Assembly: GCF_011386835.1 (NCBI RefSeq)
Contig: NC_088795.1
Span: forward strand, 114,328,001 to 114,392,000
Direction of reading: 5' to 3'
Source of the DNA: Chrysemys picta bellii
Lineage: Eukaryota
DNA: 64,000 nt
Made by a program: the position numbers and the translations under genes. Shown here piece by piece: positions 50,357-63,889 of this stretch (the first letter of the stretch is position 1; the number at the start of each line of letters is the position of its first letter). The notes under the pieces are model-generated. The model was not told the origin of the DNA, searched no databases, and saw nothing but the letters and a program-made list of their open reading frames with translations.

Positions 50357-51643
50357 TAGATTCATAGATTCTAGGACTGGAAAGGACTTCGAGAGGTCAT
50401 CGAGTCCAGTCCCCTGCCCGCATGGCAGGACCAAATAATGTCTAGAAGACCATCCTTGAGAGACATTTATCTAACCTACTCTTAAATATCTCCAGAGATG
50501 GAGATTCCACAACCTCCCTAGGCAATTTATTCCAGTGTTTAACCACCCTGACAGTTAGGAACTTTTTCCTAATGCCCAACCTAAACCTCCCTTGCTGCAG
50601 TTTAAGCCCATTGCTTCTTGTTCTATCCTTAGAGGCTAAGATGAACAATTTTTCTCCCTCCTCCTTATGACCCCATTTTAGATACCTGAAAATTGCTATC
50701 ATGTCCCCTCTCAGTCTTCTCTTTTCCAAACTAAACAAACCCAATTCTTTCAGCCTTCCTTCATAGGTCATGTTCTCTAGACCTTTAAGCATTCTTGTTG
50801 CTCTTCTCTGTACCCTCTCCAATTTCTCCACATCTTCCTTGAAATGCGGTGCCCAGAACTGGACACAATACTCCAGTTGAGGCCCAACCAGCGCAGAGTA
50901 GAGCAGAAGAATGACTTCTCATGTCTTGCTCACAACACACCCTGTTAATGCATCCCAGAATCATGTTTGCTTTTTTTGCAACAACATCACACTGTTGACT
51001 CATATTTAGCTTGTGGTCCACTATAACCCCTAGGTCACTTTCTGCCGTACTCCTTCCTAGACAGTCTCTTCCCATTCTGTGTGTGTGAAACTGATTGTTC
51101 CTTCCTAAGTGGAGCACTTTGCATTTGTCTTTATTAAACTTCATCCTGTTTACCTCAGACCATTTCTCCAATTTGCCCAGATCATTTTGAATTATGACCC
51201 TATCCTCCAAAGCAGTTGCAATCCCTCCCAGTTTGGTATCATCTGCAAACTTAATAAGCGTACTTTCTATGCCAATATATAAGTTGTTGATGAAGATATT
51301 GAACAGAACCGGTCCCAAAACAGACCCCTGCGGAACCCCACTTGTTATACCTTTCCAGCTGGATTGGGAACCATTAATAACAACTCTCTGAGTACGGTTA
51401 TCCAGCCAGTTATGCACCCACCTTATAGTAGCCCCATCTAAGTTGTATTTTCCTAGTTTATTGATAAGAATATCATGTGAGACCATATCAAATGCCTTAC
51501 TAAAGTCTAGGTATACCACATCCACCGCTTCTCCATTATCCACAAGACTCGTTATCCTATCAAAGAAAGCTATCAGATTGGTTTGACATGATTTGTTCTT
51601 TACAAATCCACGCTGGCTATTCCCTATCACCTTCCCACCTTCC
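50357..51643 (-). mobile_element. Young 5'-truncated CR1 LINE (RT domain, C-terminus and 3' tail)
   Basis: ORF 50785-51645 has SQRGFVKNKSCQTNL, YLDFSKAFD, GVPQGSVLGP, KFADD; ORF 50442-50831 is the frameshifted C-terminus; tail repeat (aatctatg) at the 3' end; possible TSD atctta. Confidence 0.95.
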
Positions 51644-51799
51644 ATCTTAATAAGTTGTGTAATTTTTTTATTTTATTCTTATGCATTATTTGTTGAGCAC
51701 CAATCCTACGGGACTGTTTGGGTAAAACCCGGATGGCTGGCAACCCTACATATTACACCCCAACTATGTTCTCTCTTCCACAACTTAAGGAAATGAAAA

Positions 51800-54700
51800 C
51801 TAGTGAGCAGGAACAGCAGTCATGGGAGTTGTCCAGGTGAAGAAGGAGCAACTACGTGACCTTTGAGGTGAGCTTGTTGTCTGATAGTTTGTGTGTTGTG
51901 TGCTTGCTGGCTTGCTTGCCATGTGTCTGCTTGACTGAAGTTTTTAATGTGGTCTGTTTTGGGGCTGTGTGCTGAGCCAAGTGGCCTGTAGGCTATGCTG
52001 AGACCTTATGGGGAGACAGTAGCCTGCTATGCTTTGATCCCTAATCCCTTTAGGATCCCTTGACAAGAGGGTGGGCTAACTCAGGGAGAACAGGGGTTTA
52101 TAAAACCAGCTCCTAAACCACCAGAGGAACTAGGGAAGAGGAGCAGCAATCAGGAGAGTTTTGTGAAGGCATTTAGAGGGGGAGTTTCAGAGTCAGATAC
52201 ACCTAGCTAACACATATTAAACTCCACAAAAAACAGAGAACAAACAAACAAGCAAACAAAAACCCTGCAAGAGTAAAAATAATGCAGGCAGAAGTCCAAC
52301 AGAAAAGTGGGGCTATCCAGTTCATTGCTCTGAATGTAAAATATATGATTACCTGTCCTGTGGGCAGGTGGTATATGTGTGCCTTTAGTGCAAGCAACTC
52401 ATGGCCCTCAGAGACTAAGCACAGGCTCTTGAGATCAGAGAGGCTGAACTTGAGGAGCTGAGGGAGACAGAGAGATACATAGAGGAGACTTTCCGGGACA
52501 CCATAGAGTGGTGTTGAGGATGAAAGTCTCAGAGAAGGAGAACATCAAGCTGCAGTGTAGGGAAACAATCCCATAGTTGGGACCCTCCTTCCAGATGATA
52601 TCACGGTATCCTCTTGCACTGAGCATACCCCGCTAGGGGAAGGGACCCAATTCTTAGGAAGAGACAGGTAAAAGTAATAGGGATTCAATTATTAGAAATA
52701 TAGATAGTTGGGTTTGTGATGAGTGGGAGAACCGCATGGTGAATTGCCTGCCAGGTGTGAAAGATGCTGACCTCTAGCAATATCTAGATAAGGCTTACAT
52801 AAGAACGGCCATAATGGGTCAGACCAGAGGTCCATCTAGCCAAGTATACTGTCTTCTGATAGTGGCCAATGCCAAGTGCTTCAAAGGGAATGAACGGAGC
52901 AAGTGATCCATCCCCTATTGTCCATTCCCAGCTTCTGGCAAAATTCTTACGTGCTTATGTGCAGTGCTGGGGAGTAGCTGGTGGTCATGATACACCTAAG
53001 TACTAGTGACATAGAGAAAGGTAGGAAAGAGGTCCCAGAGGCCAAATTTAGGCTGCTAGGTAAGAGATTAAAGTCCATTACCTCAATGGTAGCATTTTCT
53101 GAAATTCATCCAGTTCCATATGCTGAGCCAGTTAGACAGGCAGAACTGCAGGGTCTCAATGCATGGATGAGATGATGGTGTCGGGAGGAGGGTTTTAGGT
53201 TTATTAGGAACTGAGCAACCTTTGGAGAAAGGAGGAGCCTATACAGAAAGGATGGGCTCCACCTATACCAAAATGGAACCAGATGGCTGGCATTTAAATT
53301 AAAAGGTCATAGAGGAGTTTTTAAACTAAGGGTTGGGGGAGAGCTGACGGGTGTGGAGAAGCACACAGTTTGAATTGATAAATCCTCCCCTAAGGGATTT
53401 CTCTAAGGTTATACTCTATATCCTAGAAAACAGGAGACGATAGAAGTTGATAAAGTACAGGTAAGAACTGAAGAGAGAAAGTCAAACGAAAAAGAGTCCC
53501 ATTCAGTTACATCAGATGAAGGCAGAAAATAAAATATAGACAAATTTGATAAGTGCTTATAAACAAACGCTACAAGACTAAACACTAAGATGGGTGAACT
53601 TGAGTGCCTGCTATTAAAAAAGGATATTGATATAATAAGCATCATAGAAACTTGGTGGAACAATGATAAACAATGGGAAATGGTAATACACAATATATAG
53701 GAATGATAGAGTAGATCATGCTGGTGGGCAAGTGGCATTATATATGAAAAAAAGTATAGAGTCCAATATAATAAAAATCTTAAATGACTGAAACAGTAAC
53801 ATAGAATCTCTATGGGTAGAAATTCCATGCTTGAACAAAAAGAGAACCGCAGTAGGAATATACTACTGACCACCTGAGCAGGGTGGTGACAGTGATTGTG
53901 ACATGCTCAGGGAGATTAGAGAAGCTACAAAAACTGAAAACCCAATAATAATGGGGGATTTCAAATATTCCCATATTGACTGGGCACATGTCACCTCATC
54001 AGAGGATGCAGAGAAAATTTCTAAGACACCATTAATGGCTGCATCTTGGAGCAGCTAGTCCTAGCACCCACAAGGGGAGAGGCAGTTCTTGATTTACTCC
54101 TAACTGGAGCACAGGATCTGATCCAAGAGGTGAATATAGCTGAATCGCTCAGTATTAGTGACCATAATGTAATTACATTTAACATCCTTGTAAGAGGAAA
54201 AATGCTAAAGAAACCACCACAGTAACATTGAGCTTCAAAAAGGGGAACTATGCAAAAATGAGGAAGCTAGTTAAACAGAAATTAAAAGGAACAGGCGCAA
54301 GAGTGAAATGCATGGAAACTATTTAAAAACACCATAATAGAGGCTCAAACTAAATATATGCCCCCAATTTAAGAAAAAAAAAGTAAGAGGACCAAAAAAA
54401 AAATGACACCATGGTTAAACAGCAGAGTTGAAAAGGTGTTTACAGGCAAAAAGACATCCTTTAAAAATTGGAAGTCAATTCCTAGTGAGGAAAACAGAAA
54501 GGAGTAAAACTCTGGAAAGTAAAGTGTGAAAATACAACTAGGCAGGTCAAAAAAGAACTTGAAGCAACTAACAAAACTAAAAGCAAAAAAGAACTGTGAG
54601 TACATCAGAAGCAGGAAGCCTGCCAAACAATCAGTGAGGCCACTGGACGATCAAGATGCTTAAGGAGTACTCAGGGAAGACAAGTCATTGCGGAGAAGCA

Positions 54701-56414
54701 AAATGAATGCTTTGCATCTGTCTTCACTGCAGAGGATGTAAGGGAGATTCCCATACCTGAGCCATTCTTTTTAGGTGGCAAATCTGAGGAACTGTCCCAG
54801 ATTAAGGTGTCCATAGAGGATGTTTTGGAACAAATTGACAAATTCAACAGGAATAAATCACCAGAACCAGATGGTATTCACCCAAGAGTTCAGATGGAAC
54901 TAAAATATGAAATTGTAGAATTATTAACTGCAGTATGTAATCTATTGTTTAAATCAGTGTCTGTACCAGATAATTGGAAGATAGCTAAAAGAACAGAATT
55001 ATCAGACACACAGATGAATATGATGCATTGGGGAAGAATCAACAAAGCTTTTGTAAAAAGGGAAATCATGCCTCACTCATCTGTTAGAATTCTTTGAATG
55101 AGTCAGCAAGCATGTGGACAATGGTAATCCAATGGATATAGCACTTGGACTTTCAGAAAGCCTTTGACAAGCTCCCTCACCAAAAGCTCTTAAACAAAGT
55201 AAGCAGTCATGGGATAAGAGGGAAGGTCCTCTCATGGATCTGTAACAGGTTAAAAGATAGGAAACAAAGGATAGGAATAAATGGTAGGTTTTCACAGTGG
55301 AGACTGGTAAATAGTGGGGTCCTCCAAGGATCTGTACTGGGACTTGTGCTGTTCAACATATTCATAAATGATCTGGGAAAGGGGGTGAACAGATGATGCA
55401 AAATCACTCCAGATAATTAAACCCAAAGCTGACTGTGAAGAGTTACAAAGGTATCTGACACATCTGGGTGACTGGACAACAAAATGGCAGATAAAATTCA
55501 ATGTTGATAAGTGCAAAGTAATGAACATGGGAAAAAATAATCCCAACTATGCATACAAATTGATGGGATCGAAATTAGTTGTTACCACTCAAGAAAAAGA
55601 TCTTGGAGTCATCATGTATAGTTCTTTGAAAGCATATGCTCATTGAGAAACGCCAATCAAAACAGCTACCAATATTAGGAACCATTAGGAAAGGGATAGA
55701 TAATAAAATAGAAGATATGATAATGCCACCATATAAATCCATGGTATGCCCACACCTGGACTATGGTGTGCAGTTCTGGTCTCCACATCTCAAAAAAAAA
55801 AGTTATATTAGAATTGGAAAAAATACAGAGAAGGGCAACACAAAATGATTAGGGCTATGGAACAACTTCCATATGAGGACATATTAAAAGACTAGGACTT
55901 TTCAGCTTAGAAAAGAGATGACAAAGGGGGGGATATGATAGAGGTCTATAAAGTCATGAATGGTGTGGAAAAAGTGAATTGGAAAATGTTATTTTCCCCC
56001 TTCTCACAACACAAGAACCAGGGGTCACACAATTAAATTAATGGGCAGCAGATTTAAAACAAACACGAGGAAGTATTTTTTTCACAGAGTAAACAGTCAA
56101 CCTGTGGAACTCGTTGCCAGGTGATATTGTGAAGGCCAAAAGTATAACTGGGTTCCAAAAAGAATTGGATAAGTTCATGAAGGATAGGTCCATCAATGGG
56201 TATTGGCAAAGATGGTCAGGGAGCAACCCCATGGTCTGGGTGTCCCTAATCTTCTGACTGCTAGAAGCTGAAACTGGACAACAGGGGATGGATCACTCGA
56301 TAATTGCCCTGTTCCGTTCATTCCCTCTGAAGCATGTGATACTAGCCACTGCTGGAAAACAGGATACTGGGCGAATTGGACCATTGGCCAGACAAAATAT
56401 GGCTGTTCTTATGT
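51800..56414 (+). mobile_element. Near-full-length decayed CR1 LINE (5' UTR, ORF1 with esterase-like domain, ORF2 APE-RT, 3' UTR)
   Basis: ORF1 remnant IHLSTSDIEKGRKEV...LNAWMR; APE-like start near 53550 (IIETWW); [37 protein letters not shown]; tail gttcttatgt; many stops, frameshifts and a deletion near 55000. Confidence 0.9.
52797..52943 (-). mobile_element. CR1 3' tail nested antisense inside ORF1 of the long CR1
   Basis: acataagaacggccata...gagggaatgaac-like segment...gatccatcccc matches the reverse complement of the host tail at about 56240-56414. Confidence 0.8.
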
Positions 56415-59129
56415 AACAACGAACTTCCAAAGTTTCTTTAATCTGCCTAAAAATCAGAAAGGATGGTGACAACTCCCACATTATACCCCCATGACATTGA
56501 AATATATTAGCCTTACCAGGAGGTTAGTTATAGGGACTTACAAATCGGACCAGTGAAAATTTAAGTCAGTGTTTCTGTTCGACAATCTTGGTAGTCTCCC
56601 TTTTATGAAAGAAAATAACCTTCCAGCGGCTTACAAAAGCGACTGTGCTACTGGACAGAACAGGTTGAAAGAATGACTATAATGTGATTCATATGATTTC
56701 AGTCTCTAGCCAACTGCCAAATTTGGATGCTCTGGCAGCATACACAGTCCTTGACATGGTGCTTCCCAAGATCATTGAGGCTATTGATTAGTTGTGTCAA
56801 AGCTATTTTGCTTGGCCAGGTTGTGTACACTTGCTCTGACATAATTTAAAGTCTGTGGTTTCTGTTGTGGAATTCCTTCATTTGCTGGCTCTGGGAATGT
56901 TTTGTGCATTCCTCTTGAATTTTTAAAAAAATACATAGACCATAAAGTGGTTCATAAAATATAAAAACAGTTCATTGTGATACAGCACCAGTAAGAAGAT
57001 ATACATTAGTCAGGTAGCTGAAGAGAGTCTGTTCAAGAAGCTGGAGTGTTACTCTCTAGGACAGCTGTTAAATCACTTTCCCCATTAACTGGTGACATTT
57101 GAGTTAAACTAATGAGAAGTATGTCTGCTGCAATGTAGTGCACATTTATTCTTGGAGATTGCTTTTTCAGCTTACACACTGTTTTACCAATACTCTTAGC
57201 AACCCTTACAACTGTGTAATGATGCCATCCATTAAAGCCGAACTGTTGCGGACAACCCTATTTGATCCAGTCTGAAACTTTTCTGTTTCTGACCATCATC
57301 TTCTCTTCTCTCCCTCCCTTCTCCTCTTCATCTTTCATTGGAAAATATAAGTGAGACAAGAGAAAATGCATTCTCACCCTTTGATCCACTAGTGTACATA
57401 TGCTATATGAAAAAAGACAAAATGCAAAAATGATGTTCTTGATAAAACAGATGCTTCCATGCTCATATGTTGCTATAATCTAAATTGCCATAAAAATCCC
57501 AAGTATTTTGGCATAAGCCTAATGCCGCTTTCACAACAGGAGTGTTTTAAAGTACAACCTTAAATCTCATCTCTGATACAAAATCTGTGGTTTAATTGAA
57601 TTTTTTCCATCAGAGATGGCTGCAGGATTCTTTACTGCTAGGGGTATTTAGATGCTTGCTTCAGATTTACTTATGCCTTACGTGTCTTATAGTTTTTTGC
57701 TATGAGTCTTCTGTGGTACTGTAAGGGCACTACTCTGAGTTCTGATCTTTTGAACTAGTACAAACACGTGTAGGCTCTGGTTTTCCTTGACTCTTCTGGT
57801 GAATTTGATTGGTGTATAGACTGCAAGATATGTTGCCTCTTTGACAGATAATGCACTGTTCTGTTTTGTAGTACAGGAGTTTCATTTCATGTGATGGGAA
57901 AATTGGGTTTCCTCCTCTTGGCCACAAAGCTGTCTACAAGAGTTCTTAGAGTGTTTCAAGACAGTGGAGTGTAACCAACAGCAAGAATTCCCGGAGCCAC
58001 AAAGATAGAAGTAGAGGAATAAGCCAGTTTAGCAGTCAGAGTTTTGGCACTGGACTCTTCTCTTTTGAAGAAACCTGCTGAGAGAGGACATGACCTATTT
58101 CTCTTTGCATGGTGTGTGGTAATAGGCTGTAGAATAAGGACCCTTGAAGACTGGGCAGTAGGAAATGAGATCCAAACATAAAAAGGAAAAAAAAGTCTTC
58201 CAATTACCTCTGGAGTTCATTTTAATCTGCGTAGATGCATTTAGAGTTTACGATCTCACTGATAAATAAAACTTTTAAAAATCAGAATCCTGTAGAGCCA
58301 ATACCCCATCTAGTCACTTGAAAGAAACACCAAGAAATGAAGGGTACATATGTAAATATAAAAATCCAATAACTGTTTTTAGTATGAACACAAACATGTA
58401 TGGCTTATTCATTTACATATATGAAGCATCCATGGAATGTTCTGAGTGCTGTACAAACCAATAATTACTCAATAGGTCAAAAGGACTTCAAGGAAGAAAG
58501 AGTACACCCACAATTTCTTAAGATCATATAAGGGATGTTCATATTTAACTTTCACCAACCAGTATCCAGCCCTATTCACCATTTCCTATCCCAGCTCTCA
58601 ACCCTCTCAGCAGTTCCCTGGTCATCCCCTAGTTATCACTCTCCTTCCTGAGAAAAAGCCTGGGAAAATGAGTGGATCTTGCAGCATGCTACTGTGCTCT
58701 AGCAGAAAAATGATAAGGGAGAGTGGGTTTAAAAACCAAGGTCCCTATCATCAGCCTCCTCCAGCTTATGACAGGAAGGAGACTGCTATTATTTTTTATT
58801 TGTATTACCCGCGTATCTATGAGCACTTGTTATGGATCAGGACCTCATTGTGCTAGTGCCTCAGAATGACCTCAACAGCCATGGTGCCTCGTAGCATGAA
58901 GGTGGTCTCTTGGGTAGCCGGGACACAGTGTCAAGACTGTATTTCATTCAAAGTCATATCATGAAAATGTATTCACTCCTTTAATTTACTCAACTTTGAC
59001 AAGTAACCCAAAATTTACATACAGGTTTTTCTTCTCATATGTGCCACTGCTTCACTTAAATAGCCTCAATGCCAGTCTATTTTTCGGTAGATGCATCAAA
59101 ACCTAGATGCAATTGGTTAAAAAAGCATA

Positions 59130-60210
59130 TTGTCTTCTTTGAGAGATGGTCCTAATGTGTATTCCACTATGGGTGTACATGTGCTTCATACACCTGAGAC
59201 TGGAATTTCTAGCAAATGTCTGTTCGTCTGCTCCTGCACCTTCACCTTCTCTTGCTCAAAACTGAGGGTGTGATCCAACTGCCTCTCCAGTTCCTTTCTG
59301 CCACCCGTGATTTGAGATAGAACCTCTTCAGCATCTGCAGTGTTAACAGACTTCTTCTAAAACTATCTGTAATTACCTGTAAATAGTTGTAGTTAATAGT
59401 CTTAAATAAATTTATAGTCAGTTAAGTGTAGTTTTCAGTAGTAAAGGGCAAAGTGGAAAAAATTTTCTATCTGTTGTGAACATCATCTGATAACCCCAGA
59501 GGCTGCCAACACCCATACCATGCTGGAATACTTTCTCTCCTTAAAGACTTCAGGACTATCCTTTAGTTCCTGTGGGTACAAGTAGCTACTATCAATGTCT
59601 GTCACTCTGTGGTGGCCAACTATTCGATCTTCAGCCACCCTGTTACAGTGCGTATTCTAAAGTATCTTGTCAGAGCCTTTCCTCTGACAATGAAATCTAC
59701 CCCGATATGGGACCTCAATGTAGACCTATCAGCATTAACAAAGGATCATTTTGAACCCTTAGTCTCATGTTCCTTAGCCTACCTATCAATGAAGAAAGCC
59801 TTTCTGGTTGCAATCACCTCAGCCAGAAGAATAGGTGAACTGGAAACATCATGGCTGATCCACCTACGCAATCTTCCATAAAGACAAAATGCCTCTGAGA
59901 TCACACCCTAAATTTATCCCAAAGTAATGTGAGAATTCCATCTAATCAGACCACACACTTACCTTTCTTCTCCCCAGAGCCACGTGTCAACAGTGAGAAT
60001 AGGAAACATCACTCTTTGGATGTCCATCATTGGCATTCTATCTACAAAGGACAAAATCCTTTAGGAAATCACCTAGACTGTTGTGTCCTTTGTGGGAGGT
60101 CTGAGAGTGGAAGCAATCTCTTCTCAAAGACTTTCCGTATACAGGTAGGGACCACACATCTCAAAGAATACCAGTTATTATACAGGTAAGTAATGAAGTA
60201 ACATTTTCTT
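59130..60210 (+). mobile_element. Internally deleted DIRS-type (tyrosine recombinase) retrotransposon
   Basis: PIWDLNVDLSALTKDHFEPLVSCSLAYLSMKKAFLVAITSARRIGEL (59609-59881) matches the vertebrate DIRS YR box; inverted termini ttctttgagagatggtcc / ggaccacacatctcaaagaa. Confidence 0.85.
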
Positions 60211-61554
60211 TCCAAACCATCCCAATCTCTAAAAACTTTGAAACGTCATCCATCCATGTACACTTACAAAGCATGCAACTGACCTTTACATGAAGTAGTA
60301 AAGGGAATACTACACTAAGGTCTAAAAGCAAGAATGAAGGAAACTAGGTTTTGTAGATCAGGTATTTTTCTAGTATTGAAAAGAAGAGCTTTTTTTCTCT
60401 TGAATTAAAGACACAGATACAGTATAGTGCATGTGAGATGTTTCTTAAATCTAAGAGCACAGGGGACCAGGAATACAAGTGCAGAGAATGGCTTTTCAAG
60501 GACAGGAACAGTTGGAAGCATTTCTGGTCTGCTACTATTCCTATTACCCATTAGAACAAACTGAATGAGGAGTAAATGTGGAACATCAGAAATCAATAGA
60601 AGCAGAGGATATGGAGCACAGTGGACTGTGATATTAGAAATGTACTTTATTTAAATAGCTCTAAAGTCAAAATCTTCATTACCCTTATCCAGAGCAAGAA
60701 ACAGTGTGATACAAGCTTTATTGAGGTGGCTAAAATGTATTCTGAGCTTGCTTGTTTGGAAATGTTTTCAAGTCTGTTGCTCTTGTATACTTTTGTTTAT
60801 AGGATTTCCACTCTATAATGTGATCACAGCCTCCCCTTGAACATGGAGTCCAATAAATTGCATACATCTGTTAAATGGGAGGAGAAAAATCTATATTAAT
60901 TCAATGTTATGGTTCCATATAGAAACACAAAAGTCGAGAAATGGTACCTTAATGTTGCCATAACAACATCATCTTACTCTCATTGCATGCACTTGTCCAC
61001 GGCTTGGATTGTGTCAGAAGTGCACGTGGCAACAAGTTGAGGAAGAGGAAGAGCTGTGATGGTTTCTGCTAGCATTTTTACACATGCTTTCTGAGCATGC
61101 TTGTACTGGAAGTGATTTTTCTATCACTTGTAAGTTTTAGTTTTAATTTTAATTATTCTCACCTAATTTAACAAAGGGATCACTTTTCAACTAGGACTGT
61201 TACATACGAAGTTTGGGCATGGGAGTTTGGTCAGCAGTTTGAGTTATTCGCAAGCAAAAAACAGAACAAAGAACTCCCCAATAACAACAAAACAAAAAAC
61301 CTCAATATGCTCAGAGAGTGTATTTTTGGTTCCCAATAGCTGAAAAATGGTAAGAAGGATTTAAACCTCTCCAGAAAAATCAGCTTTAGGTTGTGACCAA
61401 GCATGGAAAGTTTCAGCTTTTTTTCAGAGATATTTTCAGTTTTGAGAAAGCGGAAATATGATTTTAAGCAAAGAGTGTCAGCACTGGTAACTCATTTCAT
61501 TGTTTGAGTGGAGAGAGTTCTACAAGCAGGTTGCAGATGCTAAAATATTGACAG

Positions 61555-61953
61555 TAGAGCTGGTTGGGAATTTTTCCATAAAACATTTTTTTGGGTCAGA
61601 ATATGCAAATTAATCAAAACTGGGATGGAAATTCTGGTCAACACCAGGGAAAGAGAACCCCCATACCCTTAGAATAGCCAATAGCCCAGTGATTATGGCA
61701 CTCACATGGGATATTTGGGCAAATCAGGCAGAGCAGGAATTTGAATCTGAATCTCCCATATCCTGGGTCAGCACCCTAACTGTCAGGGGCTATTATCTAT
61801 TCTGGACACTCTCCTCCTCCCTCCCTCCTCCCCTCCCCCCCCCCCCCCCGACTCTGGCTTTTTGTTAAAAACCTTGAAGGGTCTCAGTTTCATTCTGATC
61901 TAGAATGAGGAAAATTTTCACAGGATAGCATAACCAGTGCCCACCCAGCTCTA
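61555..61953. mobile_element. Old hAT-type MITE
   Basis: TIR tagagctgg / ccagctcta; degenerate 8-bp TSD attgacag / attcacaa. Confidence 0.55.
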
Positions 61954-62935
61954 ATTCACAAGCCTTTTTGGCAATAGGCCTCCTGTTTGCAGCCTACCTT
62001 AAATATGAGCAGAGAGTTCTGCATCACATGTTCAGAAAGAACCATGTTTCTTTTCTGTGGCTTACATTGTAGCCTATGATAGCTTTGTTTGTACAGGAAA
62101 TAATTTAATAGGTGAGCTGCAGTGATGAAATATGAATGTTGCTAGCCCTTTTCCACGAGCACTCAATCTACAATGAGGTCAAAGGAAAACAGCAAATTTA
62201 TGTTGAGTTCTGTATATGTACCAGTACTTCGGTATTTTCTATGCAGCATTCTTGACCACCCTTCTCTAATTTTAATGAGAAGCCATTGTGCTGATTCTTT
62301 GTACATCAGTGCTATTTGCCTCTCTGTAGGTACAAGGGAACACAACTGAATTGGAGGCATAAAACATTGATTCATATAACCAAAGGCCTTGCTGTTAGTC
62401 TGTGCTCAGAATAGTTGAGAACTTCGGGTTTAGCACATCTCTGAAATTCCCTGCATTACTAGCAAAGATTCTATTACACATTAACTCCAAGTATGCTTGT
62501 TTTTTTTTCCCCTCAGAGAATAAGCATGTCACTTTCTAACCATCATTTGTGGTTTTGGACATCTTATCTACTCAGTGGTTACTTATTAAATGGAGCTGTG
62601 GAATTACAGGAAAAACTTGCAAATACCTATATTTGTAGCAAATATATAAACATCACTACTTTGTATTGATGAAAGGGATGGGGGAGGTGCCTATATCCAT
62701 GTATCTACTTTAGATCATGCTTCATTCTGCTGCAGAAATCCCGATCAAGTACATGGGAATTTTTAGTGTAGCTCAATAGCAGTATCAGACTAATTGGCTC
62801 TCTAGATTCCTTGGACATTAATTTTCCACTGGAGGCTTGCTGGCAGCTTGTTTGGCATAGTAAGTGGAGTGTTGGCAGTCAGGTGGATAAGGACTTTACT
62901 CAGGTTCCAAAACACCATCTTCAAGTTGCCTAATT

Positions 62936-62960
62936 TGTGTGTGTGTGTGTGTGTGTGTGT
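62936..62960. repeat. (GT)n microsatellite
   Basis: Seen directly. Confidence 0.95.
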
Positions 62961-63889
62961 TTGAGAGAGTGAGAAAATTCTTGGCTCTCTTTGGAAAAGG
63001 TAATCTTCTAATAACATAAAATTTCCCATCTTGAATATATTCTGTCAGAAAGAAGTGCTCAAAGTAGAGAAGGCTGGAAAGTAGCAAAAAAATTCAAATA
63101 GCTGAAACTGTTTTCACCTCACAGGATTTGAAATGGAACAGATTTTTCATTTTTTAAATTTTCACATGAAATACATTTTTCCAAAAAAATTAATGTTTGA
63201 AATTTTGCCTTTTTGTTTTTTTCCTCACTTTTTTCCCTTTTGACACTGAGTGCAATAAAATGGATGATCTCCATTTTCCTCCCCCCACACACTTTTTCAA
63301 TTTTTCTTTTTCTTGTTTGTTTTTCTACTCTGTAACCTGTTGAAATGTCGGTAACTTTCCCAATAATGAGGCAGTTTTGAAAAGTGAGATGGATATAAAA
63401 AAAACAATAACAAAAGAAGTTGGGGGGGCGAAATCTGGCACCACTGGAGCTCATCCATTCTACTACATTCAGTGGCACAAAGGAGGGAAAAAAGAGTATG
63501 AAAGGGAACTCTCCCTACCCAAAAATGTCAAAATTTACGATGAATACATGGGATTTTGTTTCAATTAAAACTTTTCATGAAAGATTCCTGTTTCAATATA
63601 CAGCCATTTTTAATCAAAAATAATTTCTACCATTCTACCTGAAACAAACTAGATACTAAATTCAGAAAATAGTGCATGTTTATGGTTAAATAGCAGTACT
63701 GTTTCTGAGTAGTAAGCTACTACTCGCATGAGTAAGGGTGTAAGAATTTAGGGCCAGCTTTTAAAGGCTTTTAGGTACCTAAAGATTCAGATAGGCATCT
63801 AATGGGATTTTCAGAAGTTGTACTTAAATCTCAGGAGAATCTATCAGCATCTTTAGGTGCTGAAATACCTGTTAAAAATCTGGTTCTTT

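Noticed and set aside
53409-53873. 154-aa minus-strand ORF (also 54369-54626, 55077-55546, 56038-56481)
   Set aside because: Antisense shadows of the decayed CR1 ORF2 and 3' UTR
56710-56790. Possible terminal exon QLPNLDALAAYTVLDMVLPKIIEAID*
   Set aside because: Protein-like but unlinked; weak pyrimidine tract; no family recognised
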